The position numbers and the translations under genes were made by a program. The notes under the pieces are model-generated. The model was not told where the DNA came from. It worked only from the letters and a program-made list of their open reading frames with translations, and made no database searches. Positions 9,437 through 19,346 of a stretch of 64,000 nucleotides of DNA are shown here, one piece after another (positions within the stretch are counted from its first letter, which is position 1; every line of letters begins with the position of its first letter). Source of the DNA: Verrucomicrobiia bacterium (GTDB taxonomy: Bacteria; Acidobacteriota; Terriglobia; Acidiferrales; UBA7541); the NCBI GenBank assembly GCA_035506955.1, contig DATJOO010000094.1, positions 3,089 to 67,088 of the forward strand, in the 5' to 3' direction.

Positions 9437-10374
9437 TTCAAGCGTGGGTTCAACGCGCGTTCTTCTTGGTGGCGGCGCTGTTCCTGGCCGGAAGCGCCAT
9501 TTTCTTGCTCAGTGCCGCGGCAAAGAGCGAAGACCGCTATCTGTTATTTCCGAAGCTGCAAAACGGTGATGCGCTGAATTACGAGAGTCACGCCCGCCTG
9601 AACCGCTATGTGAAGACAAAGAGTAATGTGAAGACCATGTTCGAGCCGAAGCCGTTGCAGGCCGATTTTTCCATGAATTTGCGTTTTTCCGTGGACGACT
9701 ATCACGCACTCGATCATCGCCCGATCCTCGCGGCGGAAACGCAGATTTTGCCCGCCAGTCCGGGAGAAAATAGCGATAGCAACGTCAGCCCAGCGGCCAA
9801 ACCGCGGAAAGTCATTTTCGCGATTGGCGGAAATGGCAGTCTTACTCAGGCCGATGGACTCGACGATCTGGATGCCGGCCAGCGCATGGCCTGGGAATTT
9901 TGGATTGCACAATTCGCCTTCGCCTGGACCTTGCCGCCCTCCGGCGCGCGGCCCGGAGAGAAGTGGAAGAGCGAGGAAGTAGAACAAACTCCCACGCCGA
10001 TCGCCAAACTCGTTTGGGAACGCGAAACTACCTACGTTCAGGGCGAGCCATGCCCTACGTTGCCCGGAGAGCAATGTGCCGTTTTCCTGGTCAACGCGAC
10101 TCTGCGGCAGAAATCGAATCCGGAGGATGCCACTCCGGAAGATTTTAAACTTCACCAGCTAAAAACCTCCGGCACCGCCAGAGGCTCGAATCAGACGGTT
10201 GTGTACATTTCTCGGAAAACTGGCCTGCTGGTGCGCGCCACCGAAGACTTGCAGCAATCCCTCGACGTGACCATCGCGAAAGTCGATAAAACCAATCAGG
10301 TGCAATACCTGGTGGATGTGACTAGCCACCTGGAAACCCGCTACGTCCCGCCCGGCCCGTCATCCGCTCCCTGA
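9433..10374 (+). CDS. hypothetical exported or membrane-anchored beta-rich protein
   Basis: 313 aa ORF whose GTG overlaps the S9 peptidase stop (GTGA); hydrophobic N-terminus; no family recognised. Confidence 0.7.
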   Translation: MIQAWVQRAFFLVAALFLAGSAIFLLSAAAKSEDRYLLFPKLQNGDALNYESHARLNRYVKTKSNVKTMFEPKPLQADFSMNLRFSVDDYHALDHRPILAAETQILPASPGENSDSNVSPAAKPRKVIFAIGGNGSLTQADGLDDLDAGQRMAWEFWIAQFAFAWTLPPSGARPGEKWKSEEVEQTPTPIAKLVWERETTYVQGEPCPTLPGEQCAVFLVNATLRQKSNPEDATPEDFKLHQLKTSGTARGSNQTVVYISRKTGLLVRATEDLQQSLDVTIAKVDKTNQVQYLVDVTSHLETRYVPPGPSSAP

Positions 10375-10518
10375 AACCTTCGCTTCGGACGTGTTTGCTA
10401 CCCTTGATGGTCTCCCTATCGCTCTGCTCTTTATCTTCTATTCACCATGCAGAATGTGTTACAGTTTGGCCCGCGACCAGGTCCGCTTCTGTGATTCGTC
10501 CTGCACGGGAGGGGAAGA

Positions 10519-11859
10519 ATGCCCAAGATTTTACTAACCACGCGTTGCCGCGACTCCGGTCTTTACGACTATTTCCGAGAAAATGCCCCGCGAAATTTCC
10601 GCTGGCGCTTCGGCATGCCCCGCTCCATCTCGTTCGGGCTGCGCTTTCTGCGTCAGAATCTTCCGCACCTGGAAATCCTGGAATATCCCACGCACGCCGA
10701 GTTTTCCGAACAGCTGAAGAAAGGCTGGGATGTCGTAGGCTTCTCCTTCTATCTTGAGGAGACGAACGACATCCTGGCGATGGCTGCGGAAGCGCGCCGC
10801 GCCGGCGTCGGCGAACTGTGGGCAGGGAATTACGGGGCGTTGACCCCGGCGATCCAATCGCATTTCGATCATGTTTTCAGTAGTTACAGCGAAGAACTGG
10901 TGGCGCACAAGCTCGGACTGCCCCTCGACGAAATTCAGCATCCGCCGCTGGTCACGCGCTTTAAGCTGCCGGGAGGCTGGTCGCTGCCGGTAGGCGTACT
11001 CTTTTCTTCGCGCGGTTGTAGTTTTCGCTGCACGTTTTGTCAGACCACCGCGTTCGCGCCAAAACCAAAGGAAATTTCCCTGGCTGCGTTGGATCGCGTG
11101 CTGCAGTTTTACGTGAAACATGGCGTCCACTGGGTCCTGATGCTCGATGAAAATTTCGGTAATCTGCCCTCGCATGCGGATTCCGTCATCGAACTTCTGG
11201 CGCGGTACAAAGTGCGTTGGCTGGTGCAGTCTCGCGTCGATTTGTTCTTGCGGAATTTTGATAACTGGCAGAACTGCGGCATGGAAGGCGCACTGTTTGG
11301 CATCGAGAGTTTCCATCAGGACATCTTGAAGCAGATGCACAAGAACGAAAAGGTGCAGGCGGCTTTCGAGTTGTCGGAGAAGCTGAACCGCGCGGGGCTG
11401 TACGCGCAAGGCTACTACATCATCGGCTTGCCTCCGGAAACGCCCCAATCAATTGCAGAAGATCTGCGGACACTGGCCTCCTTGAAGTTGGATACCACGC
11501 AGATCACCATTGTGACACCGCACCCGCAAACCGAAATGTGGCGCGATCTCGACACGAACTACGGCATTTTTGAAAAGGATTGGTCGAAATTCGATACCAA
11601 ACATCTGGTCTGGAACCATCCGCATTGCGCTCCAGGCGTGCTGGAAAACCTGCTGGAGCAAGGCTTCCGCGGATGTTATGGGAAAGAGTGGTTGATCCGG
11701 ACCACCAAGAAGTTCCTGGCAATACGCAGAGCACAGCGGGACCTTTCTTGTGTTCTCCTGGGACCGGCCCGCTCCCGCTGGGCTCAACCGCAGCGTTTAC
11801 CATATTTGCCGCCGCCGGTACGCAGCGAAGTGCCACAAGTCCGCGCTGCCGTGGCTTAG
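10519..11859 (+). CDS. cobalamin-binding radical SAM protein
   Basis: SRGCSFRCTFC (CxxxCxxC), LDENF, FGIESF, YYIIGLPPET; N-terminal B12-binding-like Rossmann segment (DVVGFSFY...WAGNYGA); GGAGG RBS. Confidence 0.9.
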   Translation: MPKILLTTRCRDSGLYDYFRENAPRNFRWRFGMPRSISFGLRFLRQNLPHLEILEYPTHAEFSEQLKKGWDVVGFSFYLEETNDILAMAAEARRAGVGELWAGNYGALTPAIQSHFDHVFSSYSEELVAHKLGLPLDEIQHPPLVTRFKLPGGWSLPVGVLFSSRGCSFRCTFCQTTAFAPKPKEISLAALDRVLQFYVKHGVHWVLMLDENFGNLPSHADSVIELLARYKVRWLVQSRVDLFLRNFDNWQNCGMEGALFGIESFHQDILKQMHKNEKVQAAFELSEKLNRAGLYAQGYYIIGLPPETPQSIAEDLRTLASLKLDTTQITIVTPHPQTEMWRDLDTNYGIFEKDWSKFDTKHLVWNHPHCAPGVLENLLEQGFRGCYGKEWLIRTTKKFLAIRRAQRDLSCVLLGPARSRWAQPQRLPYLPPPVRSEVPQVRAAVA

Positions 11860-11945
11860 TTCTTCCGAAGCCGCAGGCCGACTTGCCAGCCGCGCTATAA
11901 TGGAGGTTTCCGCGGTGCTCGGCGAACGCGCAGGAGACCTTCCGA

Positions 11946-13991
11946 ATGAATTTCAAGCTGCGAAGCAACTATCAACCCCGAGGTGACCAACCCGCCGCTA
12001 TCGACCAACTCTTCCGCGGGCTGGATGCCGGGGATAAGAACCAAGTCCTGCTGGGTGTGACCGGCTCCGGCAAAACCTTCACGATGGCGAAAGTCATCGA
12101 AGCCGCGAACCGTCCCGCACTGGTTCTGGCGCACAACAAAACGCTGGCCGCGCAGCTCTATCACGAGTTCAAGGGCTTTTTCCCCGAAAATGCGGTGGAA
12201 TACTTCGTCAGCTATTACGATTTCTACCAGCCCGAAGCCTACGTGCCTTCCGCGGACCTGTACATCGACAAGGAAGCCACCATCAACGACGAACTCGACA
12301 AGCTGCGCATGAGTGCTACGCGTTCGCTCTTTGAGCGGCGCGATGTGGTAATCGTGGCGTCGGTCTCGTGCATCTACGGCATCGGCTCGCCGGAAGCGTA
12401 CTTCGGCATGTTGGTGATGGTCGAAAAAGGGATGCAGACCTCCCGCGAGGCGCTGCTGCGCCGGTTTGTCGATATTCAGTACGAACGCAGCGAAGACCTG
12501 CGGCGCGGCACTTTTCGCGTGCGCGGTGACATTATCGAGATTTATCCGACCTACGAGGACAATGCTTACCGCTTCGAAATGTGGGGCGACCAGATCGACG
12601 TCATCCGGCAAATCGATCCCCTGACGGGCGAGATTCGCACGGGCCAGGAAGATTTGACGCGTGTCCCCATCTACCCCAAGACGCACTACGTGATGCCTCA
12701 AGATCAACGTGACCGCGCTCTCGTCGGCATCCAGGAAGAGCTGGATTGGTGGAAGAAAGAACTGGAGAAGCAGGGGAAATTCGTTGAGGCGCAGCGCGTG
12801 GTGCAGCGCACCATGTTCGACATGGAGATGATGCGCACGATCGGCTATTGCCACGGCATTGAGAATTATTCGCGGCACTTGAGCGGGCGCCTGCCGGGTG
12901 AGGCGCCGCCAACCCTGCTGGACTATGTGCCCCAGGATTACCTTCTGTTTGTGGACGAATCCCACGCCACCATTCCGCAGGTGCGCGGGATGCACCATGG
13001 CGACCGTTCACGCAAACAGACCCTGGTCGACTACGGCTTTCGTATGCCCTCGGCGCTGGATAATCGGCCGCTTACCTTCGAAGAATTCGAGCACCGCATG
13101 AATCAAGTTATTTACGTGTCGGCCACGCCGGGGCCTTATGAGCTAACCAAATCCGGAGGCGTGTTCGTCGAACAGGTCATTCGTCCCACGGGCCTGGTCG
13201 ATCCGGAAGTGGAAATTCGTCCCGTGAAAGGGCAAGTGGACGACTTGCTCGAAGAGATTCGCGTTCGCGCCGAAAAGAACGAACGCGTGCTGGTAACTAC
13301 GCTGACCAAGCGCATGGCCGAAGACCTGAGCGAATATTTCGGCGAAATCGGGGTGCGCTGCCGTTATCTGCATTCCGAAGTGGAGACGCTCGACCGCATC
13401 AAGATTCTGCGCGATCTACGCAAGGGCGAATTCGACGTGCTGATCGGCATCAACCTGCTGCGTGAAGGATTGGATTTGCCGGAAGTGTCGTTGGTCGCGA
13501 TTCTGGATGCGGACAAGGAAGGCTATCTGCGCAGCACTACGTCCTTGATCCAAACCATCGGGCGCTGCGCCCGTCACGTCGAGGGGCGCGCCATCTTGTA
13601 TGCCGACGTGCGTACGAAATCCATGAACGAGGCTATCAGCGAAACCAATCGCCGGCGCGCCAAACAGTTGGACTACAACAAGGAAAACAACATTACCCCG
13701 CAGTCGATCATCAAGGGCGTGGATATGGAACTGGCGCACATTGTCGAAGCCGATTACGTAACCGTGCCCCTCGATACCGCTGCTTTGGACACCGCCACAG
13801 CGGCCATCAAGTCGGAGCAGCAACTCGCGGAAGTCTTGGCGCAACTGGAAACGCAGATGCGCGAGGCTGCCAAGAAATTTGAATTTGAGAAGGCAGCACA
13901 ATTCCGTGACCGCATCAGATCTCTTAAGCAACAGGATCTATCCGGATTGTTTGGGAAAGATGCCGCGGAATCGTCCTCGGCGAACCCCTGA
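11946..13991 (+). CDS. uvrB: excinuclease ABC subunit B
   Basis: [56 protein letters not shown]-terminal UVR domain. Confidence 0.99.
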   Translation: MNFKLRSNYQPRGDQPAAIDQLFRGLDAGDKNQVLLGVTGSGKTFTMAKVIEAANRPALVLAHNKTLAAQLYHEFKGFFPENAVEYFVSYYDFYQPEAYVPSADLYIDKEATINDELDKLRMSATRSLFERRDVVIVASVSCIYGIGSPEAYFGMLVMVEKGMQTSREALLRRFVDIQYERSEDLRRGTFRVRGDIIEIYPTYEDNAYRFEMWGDQIDVIRQIDPLTGEIRTGQEDLTRVPIYPKTHYVMPQDQRDRALVGIQEELDWWKKELEKQGKFVEAQRVVQRTMFDMEMMRTIGYCHGIENYSRHLSGRLPGEAPPTLLDYVPQDYLLFVDESHATIPQVRGMHHGDRSRKQTLVDYGFRMPSALDNRPLTFEEFEHRMNQVIYVSATPGPYELTKSGGVFVEQVIRPTGLVDPEVEIRPVKGQVDDLLEEIRVRAEKNERVLVTTLTKRMAEDLSEYFGEIGVRCRYLHSEVETLDRIKILRDLRKGEFDVLIGINLLREGLDLPEVSLVAILDADKEGYLRSTTSLIQTIGRCARHVEGRAILYADVRTKSMNEAISETNRRRAKQLDYNKENNITPQSIIKGVDMELAHIVEADYVTVPLDTAALDTATAAIKSEQQLAEVLAQLETQMREAAKKFEFEKAAQFRDRIRSLKQQDLSGLFGKDAAESSSANP

Positions 13992-13995
13992 AGCG

Positions 13996-15150
13996 CTAGA
14001 CCAAACCGCGCCGCAGTTCCGCCAGGGGATAGAACGTGCCGCGCCAGACGATTCCCCCTTGCCGCAACGTGACGATGGTTGAGCGCAAAATCATGTACGA
14101 GAAAATCAGCGCGCCCATTGGCAATGTTAAACAGTAGAGCGGCGGAACGCGCATCACCACGTCCACACCGAAATGGAAGCACATCGCGATCAATACAGAA
14201 ATCGCCGCAAGCGCGCGCACCCAATCGTGCCCGAAAATCAATCCAATAAAGGGAGCGACGTTCATCAAGACCAGCGCCAAAATCTGCGCAACCACGACGC
14301 CAACACGAAACTGGGCTCCCGCAAAGAAATTCTTCTCCACCCCTCGGACCAGATTGCCAAGCCCCAAATGCCAGGCCACGGAAACGTAGTTCTGTGCCAC
14401 GCCAACGCCTGAGCGGAATCCCGCCATTTTCACAATTTTGCCCAGTTTCATGTCGTCGACTACTTCCATGGCCAAACGCTCGTGAGTGCCACTACCTTCA
14501 TAAGCCTTCCGGCTAAGCATTTGAAACGCGCCCACGCCAACGTAGGAGCGCGAATTCGGGTTGCTGACGTTGTACGGGTCGGTGGCCAACTGAAAACCCA
14601 TGCCGAAGAAAGAAATGAGCACGGTGTCCCAAAAGCCGCTGCGCTCCACATCGCCGAGCAAAGCCAGGTGATCCAAGCCGCGGGCACGAAACAACGAAAC
14701 AATCCGCCGCAGCGCGTCGCGTTGAAACTTCACGTCCGCATCCGTGAACACCAACAATTCTCCGCTGGCCCGTTTATACCCGCTTTGCAGCGCGTGTGGC
14801 TTGCCGAGCCAGCCCGGCGGCAGTTCCCGCACATGAACGACTTTCAGTTGCGCATGACTGCCGGCAAAGTCGTCAAGGATTTGGCCGGTTGCATCCGTGG
14901 AGCGATCGTCCACGGCGATGATTTCGAGGGCTGGATAATCGATCGCAACCAGCGTGGCCAGCGCTCCGGGGAGTTTTTCCTGTTCGTCGCGGGCCGCGAA
15001 GATCACAGAAATCTTCGGGCAGGCGGAATCTTCGGCAGGAGCATAATTTGCCACCCAGGGCAGGCGCACCGCGCCATAGGCAACCTTCAAACCATAGCTG
15101 GTCCACAAAAATGCGATGAGCCCGAAGAAAAATATCCAGAAGAAATGCAT
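13996..15150 (-). CDS. family 2 glycosyltransferase (membrane-bound, CrtQ/HpnB-like)
   Basis: AARDE, VDDRSTD, PGWLGKPHAL, FTDADV (DxD), VVDDMKLG; N- and C-terminal TM helices. Confidence 0.9.
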   Translation of the reverse strand: MHFFWIFFFGLIAFLWTSYGLKVAYGAVRLPWVANYAPAEDSACPKISVIFAARDEQEKLPGALATLVAIDYPALEIIAVDDRSTDATGQILDDFAGSHAQLKVVHVRELPPGWLGKPHALQSGYKRASGELLVFTDADVKFQRDALRRIVSLFRARGLDHLALLGDVERSGFWDTVLISFFGMGFQLATDPYNVSNPNSRSYVGVGAFQMLSRKAYEGSGTHERLAMEVVDDMKLGKIVKMAGFRSGVGVAQNYVSVAWHLGLGNLVRGVEKNFFAGAQFRVGVVVAQILALVLMNVAPFIGLIFGHDWVRALAAISVLIAMCFHFGVDVVMRVPPLYCLTLPMGALIFSYMILRSTIVTLRQGGIVWRGTFYPLAELRRGLV

Positions 15151-15193
15151 GCCGATTGGAGTCGTAAGCCAGCCTCAGGGTATCCTAGCATGG

Positions 15194-16114
15194 ATGACAA
15201 AGAGCCTCGCCATCGTGGGCCCCGGACGCGTGGGGCGCGCTCTCGGCAAGCGTTTGCGGGAAACCGGTTGGCGAATCACCGTAGTGGCGGCTCGAACGGA
15301 TGCCAGCGCAAGAAGGGCTGTTCGATTCATTGGCGCTGGGCGGCCGGTCAGTGGTATACCCGCGACGATTGCGGCAGCCTCCGTGATTCTGATTACCGTG
15401 CCCGATGACGCGATTACTTCTGTTGCGGCGGCAATGGCGCGCAACGCCGGCGAGGACCTTCGCGGCAAAGTCGTATTGCATACCAGCGGCGCACAGGATG
15501 CTTCCGTGCTCACTGCCCTTCGCAATTGTGGCGCATTCCTAGGGTCTATGCACCCCTTGCAAACCTTCAGTGGCGTCAGCGTCCCACCACTCGAGGGCAA
15601 GGTATTTGCCGTGGAAGGCGATGAACTGGCCGTGCGCGCGGCCCGAAAAATAGCGCGAGCATTGGGTGGCGTGCCGATAGGCATTCCCGCGGAGAAAAAG
15701 CCGCTGTATCACGCTGCGGGGGCCTTTGCCGCCGGACTAAGCTTGGCGATGGAAGAAGCGGGAGTGCAGATGCTGATGGCCGCGGGGCTGAAACGGCGGG
15801 AAGCGCAGAGCGCGCTCTTGTCGCTGACACGTCAAATGCTGGAGCATTACGAGAAACTGGGACCACAAAAGGCCTGGACGGGTCCTCTAGCTCGCGGCGA
15901 TTTTGGCGTGGTGGCTGCCCATGAAAATGCTTTGCGCCAGTTCGCGCCGGAATTCCTTGACGCGTACCGCTTGGTGAGCCGGTTGTCGGCGCAGGTGTTG
16001 TCTCAAGATCCCGCGGCGACGCTCCGGCAACTGCACGCAGTTTCCGGAAAGACCAACTTTATGGGGCAAGCGAAAGGGGCGACCAGTGACTCGACTGCAA
16101 ATTCCAATCCATAG
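15194..16114 (+). CDS. Rossmann-like and DUF2520 domain oxidoreductase
   Basis: IVGPGRVG nucleotide-binding loop, LHTSGA, SMHPLQTF, YHAAGAFA, TGPLARGD. Confidence 0.85.
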   Translation: MTKSLAIVGPGRVGRALGKRLRETGWRITVVAARTDASARRAVRFIGAGRPVSGIPATIAAASVILITVPDDAITSVAAAMARNAGEDLRGKVVLHTSGAQDASVLTALRNCGAFLGSMHPLQTFSGVSVPPLEGKVFAVEGDELAVRAARKIARALGGVPIGIPAEKKPLYHAAGAFAAGLSLAMEEAGVQMLMAAGLKRREAQSALLSLTRQMLEHYEKLGPQKAWTGPLARGDFGVVAAHENALRQFAPEFLDAYRLVSRLSAQVLSQDPAATLRQLHAVSGKTNFMGQAKGATSDSTANSNP

Positions 16115-17399
16115 CAGCACATTGAAGAACGGCTTACGTGTAGTGATTGTGCCGGATACCAACGCACCGGTGGTCACCGTCGGCGTGTATTACAAAATTG
16201 GTTTTCGCCTGGAACCGCAGGGGCGCAGCGGGTTTGCGCACCTGTTCGAGCACATGATGTTTCAAGGCTCGGAAAACGCGCCCAAGATGCAACACATAAA
16301 ACTGATTAACTCCAGTGGCGGTGTGCTGAACGGCTCCACGATGTACGACGTGACCAATTACTACGAAGCGGTGCCTTCCAACGCGCTCGAACGCGTACTG
16401 TGGCTGGAAGCCGATCGCATGCGGGCTCTCAAGGTCGACGAAGAGAATCTGACCAATCAACGTGACGTGGTGAAAGAAGAAGTGCGGGTGAACGTTATGA
16501 ATCAGCCTTACGGCGGATTTCCCTGGCTGGATATGCCGCCGGTGGCGTTCCGCAATTGGGCCAACGCGCACAATTTTTACGGCGATTTTGCCGATCTCGA
16601 TGCCGCAAGTCTGGCCGATGTTCGGAAGTTCTTTCGAACCTATTACGTTCCGAACAATGCGGTGCTGCTGATACTCGGCGATGTGAATCCGCAAAACGGG
16701 CAAGTGCTCGCAGAGAAATATTTTGGCTCGATCCCCGCGGGAGCTGCGCCACCTTTCGCAGATCCGACCGAGCCGCCGCAAACCGAAGAACGTCGCGGCT
16801 GTGTGCAAGAGAAGTTCGGGACACTTCCGGCGATGGCCATCGGCTATGTGTTGCCGCCGCGCCGCACTCCTGATTGGTACGCCATAGTGCTCCTGGATCA
16901 GGCGTTGCACGGGGGCCGCGCGGGACGCATCCATCGGGAACTGGTGCTGGAAAAGCAAATCGCCGTGGAGGCGGACGGCGGCGTTGACGATGTGTTTGGC
17001 TACAATGGTCCTTCGCAATTGACCACTCGCATCCTGCACAAGCCCGAATATACCGCCGAGCAGACCCTTGCGGCGTTTGACGAGGTGCTACGCGAAGTGA
17101 AGGAAAAGGGAATTAGCGAGGAAGAACTCCAACAGTTGAAAGTGAAATGGCGTTCGGATTATTACTCTACCCTCGAAGGCGGCCGCGGTGGATATATGCC
17201 CCGCTACGGGCTGATGCACTTGCTGGCGTGCTTCACGCTTTTTGACAATGAGCCGCAGTTGGTGAACACCGTGTTGGAAGGGTTCCTTGCGGTGAAGCGC
17301 GAGGAGATTCAAGCGGTAGCCAAAAAATACTTGCGGCCAGAGAATCGCGCCATCGTGTTTCGCACGCCAGTCAGTAAAGACGCAAAGGAGGCCGCGTAA
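16086..17399 (+). CDS. M16 family zinc metallopeptidase, catalytic subunit
   Basis: inverted zincin motif AHLFEHMMFQGS, LEADRM, VKEE; no signal peptide. Confidence 0.93.
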   Translation: MTRLQIPIHSSTLKNGLRVVIVPDTNAPVVTVGVYYKIGFRLEPQGRSGFAHLFEHMMFQGSENAPKMQHIKLINSSGGVLNGSTMYDVTNYYEAVPSNALERVLWLEADRMRALKVDEENLTNQRDVVKEEVRVNVMNQPYGGFPWLDMPPVAFRNWANAHNFYGDFADLDAASLADVRKFFRTYYVPNNAVLLILGDVNPQNGQVLAEKYFGSIPAGAAPPFADPTEPPQTEERRGCVQEKFGTLPAMAIGYVLPPRRTPDWYAIVLLDQALHGGRAGRIHRELVLEKQIAVEADGGVDDVFGYNGPSQLTTRILHKPEYTAEQTLAAFDEVLREVKEKGISEEELQQLKVKWRSDYYSTLEGGRGGYMPRYGLMHLLACFTLFDNEPQLVNTVLEGFLAVKREEIQAVAKKYLRPENRAIVFRTPVSKDAKEAA

Positions 17400-18773
17400 A
17401 TGGCCACTCGTGCTCCCGAAATGGCGACCGGAGTTCCCGCGCTTGCGCCCGAACGCGCTGTGACTTGGCCAAAGCGCACCCGCGCCCGGCTCTCCAATGG
17501 TTTGGAAGTGGTGCTAGCCGAGGCCCATTCGATCCCGAAGTTTCACGGTGAGCTGTTCTTTCGCGCCGGCGAGGCGCTAGTTTCCGACCGGTCAGTAGGA
17601 CTGGCGGAAATGACTTCAACGGTTTTGCGCACCGGCACGGCGAAGCGCACCAGCCGCCAAATCGAAGAGGATCTGCGGCGCCTCGGTGCGGATCTCGGCA
17701 CGTCCGCCGGTCAAGATACCAGCGCCATTTCCTTCGCGGGCCTCAGCGAATTCGCGGAGCCTCTCCTGCAGTTAGTGAATGAATTGGCGCGGGAAGCATC
17801 GTTTCCACCGCCCGAACTCGAGCGCGAGCGCAGGCAGAAGCTCGAGGAAGTGAAGCTGGAGCGGACTTCGCCCGGCTTCCTGGCCGGCGAGCGCTTGCGC
17901 AAGATTCTTTTCGGCAAGCATCCGTATGCACGAGTCTCCCCAAGCGAGCAGCAAGTAGCGGCGTACCGGCGCGAGGATCTGGAACAGGTTTATCGCGAGA
18001 TTTACACCCCGGAAAATGCGCTGCTCCTGATGGTCGGCGACTTTGATCCTCAGGCTATGTTGAGTCTCGCGGAGAAGACCTTTGGGAACTGGACCGGGAA
18101 AAAGCCGGCGCCAAAAGAAGCTCCAGCGCTTCCGGAATTTCACGGTCGGCGGGTGTATCTTGTGCACAATCCTGGCTCGGTGCAGACCCAGATTCTGCTG
18201 GGCTGCCACGCGATCACGCGCAAGCATCCCGATTGGATTCGTTTGGGGCTGACCAATAGCCTGTACGGGGGCGCTTTCAATTCGCGGCTCGTAATGAACA
18301 TTCGCGAAGATAAGGGCTACACCTACAGTCCGCGCAGTGGAGTTTCCCCGTTGCGGCAACACGGATATTTCACAGTGTCGGCCGCGGTGCGCAACGAGGT
18401 TGTGGCCGCATCGCTCACCGAAAGTTTCTACGAACTGGACAAGCTGCGTTCCGTGCCCGTGCCTCCCGCTGAACTGGCCGACGCTCAGAACTACGTGACC
18501 GGCATGTTCTCGATGGGATTGGCCACGCAAGAAGGTTTGTTGTCACAGTTCGCTACCGTCGAACTGAACGAACTTCCCGCGGATTACCTGGAAACGTATC
18601 GCGATAAAGTGCGCGCGCTGACTTCTACGGATCTTTTGGCCACCGCTCGCAAATATTTCGATTCTGCAAATATGCCGATCGTGGTAGTCGGCGACCGCGC
18701 ACAGATCGAAGAGCAGGCGCGCCTGTTCGGCGACACCGAGATCTACAACGCGCAAGGGGAACGTGTGGAGTAG
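17400..18773 (+). CDS. M16 family peptidase, non-catalytic partner subunit
   Basis: M16 fold motifs without HxxEH; SRLVMNIREDKGYTY (R/Y pair); ATG immediately follows the upstream TAA. Confidence 0.9.
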   Translation: MATRAPEMATGVPALAPERAVTWPKRTRARLSNGLEVVLAEAHSIPKFHGELFFRAGEALVSDRSVGLAEMTSTVLRTGTAKRTSRQIEEDLRRLGADLGTSAGQDTSAISFAGLSEFAEPLLQLVNELAREASFPPPELERERRQKLEEVKLERTSPGFLAGERLRKILFGKHPYARVSPSEQQVAAYRREDLEQVYREIYTPENALLLMVGDFDPQAMLSLAEKTFGNWTGKKPAPKEAPALPEFHGRRVYLVHNPGSVQTQILLGCHAITRKHPDWIRLGLTNSLYGGAFNSRLVMNIREDKGYTYSPRSGVSPLRQHGYFTVSAAVRNEVVAASLTESFYELDKLRSVPVPPAELADAQNYVTGMFSMGLATQEGLLSQFATVELNELPADYLETYRDKVRALTSTDLLATARKYFDSANMPIVVVGDRAQIEEQARLFGDTEIYNAQGERVE

Positions 18774-18851
18774 CGCGAGGCCTTGGTCGGTGCTGAATTG
18801 CGCTGGATATTAATGATTGCGTTGAATACTTAGTTATACTATTATCAAGAT

Positions 18852-19289
18852 GTGACGGGGTGCCGGACCATTTCGGCGCGTTGCTGTTGTTTCCTCCTCA
18901 CCATCCTTGTGCTCTGGGCGACGCAGGGTCAATGTGCGAAGAAGAAACCGCCGCTGCATCCCGTCAACCTGAATACCGCCACCTCCGCCGAGTTGCAGCA
19001 GGTCCCCGGTATCGGCCCGTCCACAGCGGAAAAAATCCTGCAGGCGCGCAAATCCTACGGCAGCTTTAAGAGTGTGAACGACCTGGAGGCCATCCGCGGA
19101 ATCGGTCCCAAAAAACTGGAGAAGATGCGGAAGTACCTGATGGTGGTGCCCCCGGCACAAAATAAAGCGACGAGAACCGCGCACGCTGCAGCACCGTCAA
19201 AAGCCCAGCCCACCACCGACGCTGCTGCAAAGCCCGCTACATCCATGCCAAAGCCGCCACCAGCGGCCGGCGAGGAAGAAGAACCCTAG
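18852..19289 (+). CDS. ComEA-family helix-hairpin-helix DNA-binding protein
   Basis: VNLNTATSAELQQVPGIGPSTAEKILQARKSYGSFKSVNDLEAIRGIGPKKLEKM; hydrophobic N-terminus; P/A-rich tail. Confidence 0.9.
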   Translation: MTGCRTISARCCCFLLTILVLWATQGQCAKKKPPLHPVNLNTATSAELQQVPGIGPSTAEKILQARKSYGSFKSVNDLEAIRGIGPKKLEKMRKYLMVVPPAQNKATRTAHAAAPSKAQPTTDAAAKPATSMPKPPPAAGEEEEP

Positions 19290-19346
19290 CAGCCCTTCGC
19301 ACCGACGAAGAGTCCTCAAGGAAACTGTGGAATGTGAAAGACAGCT

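Noticed and set aside
7322-11859. RiPP cluster (S9 peptidase + radical SAM)
   Set aside because: No precursor peptide, RRE or transporter; the S9 enzyme is exported and the radical SAM gene has a separate upstream region
18800-18850. sigma70 promoter for the ComEA-like gene
   Set aside because: AT-rich with TATACT, but no -35 at a valid spacing; too uncertain to list
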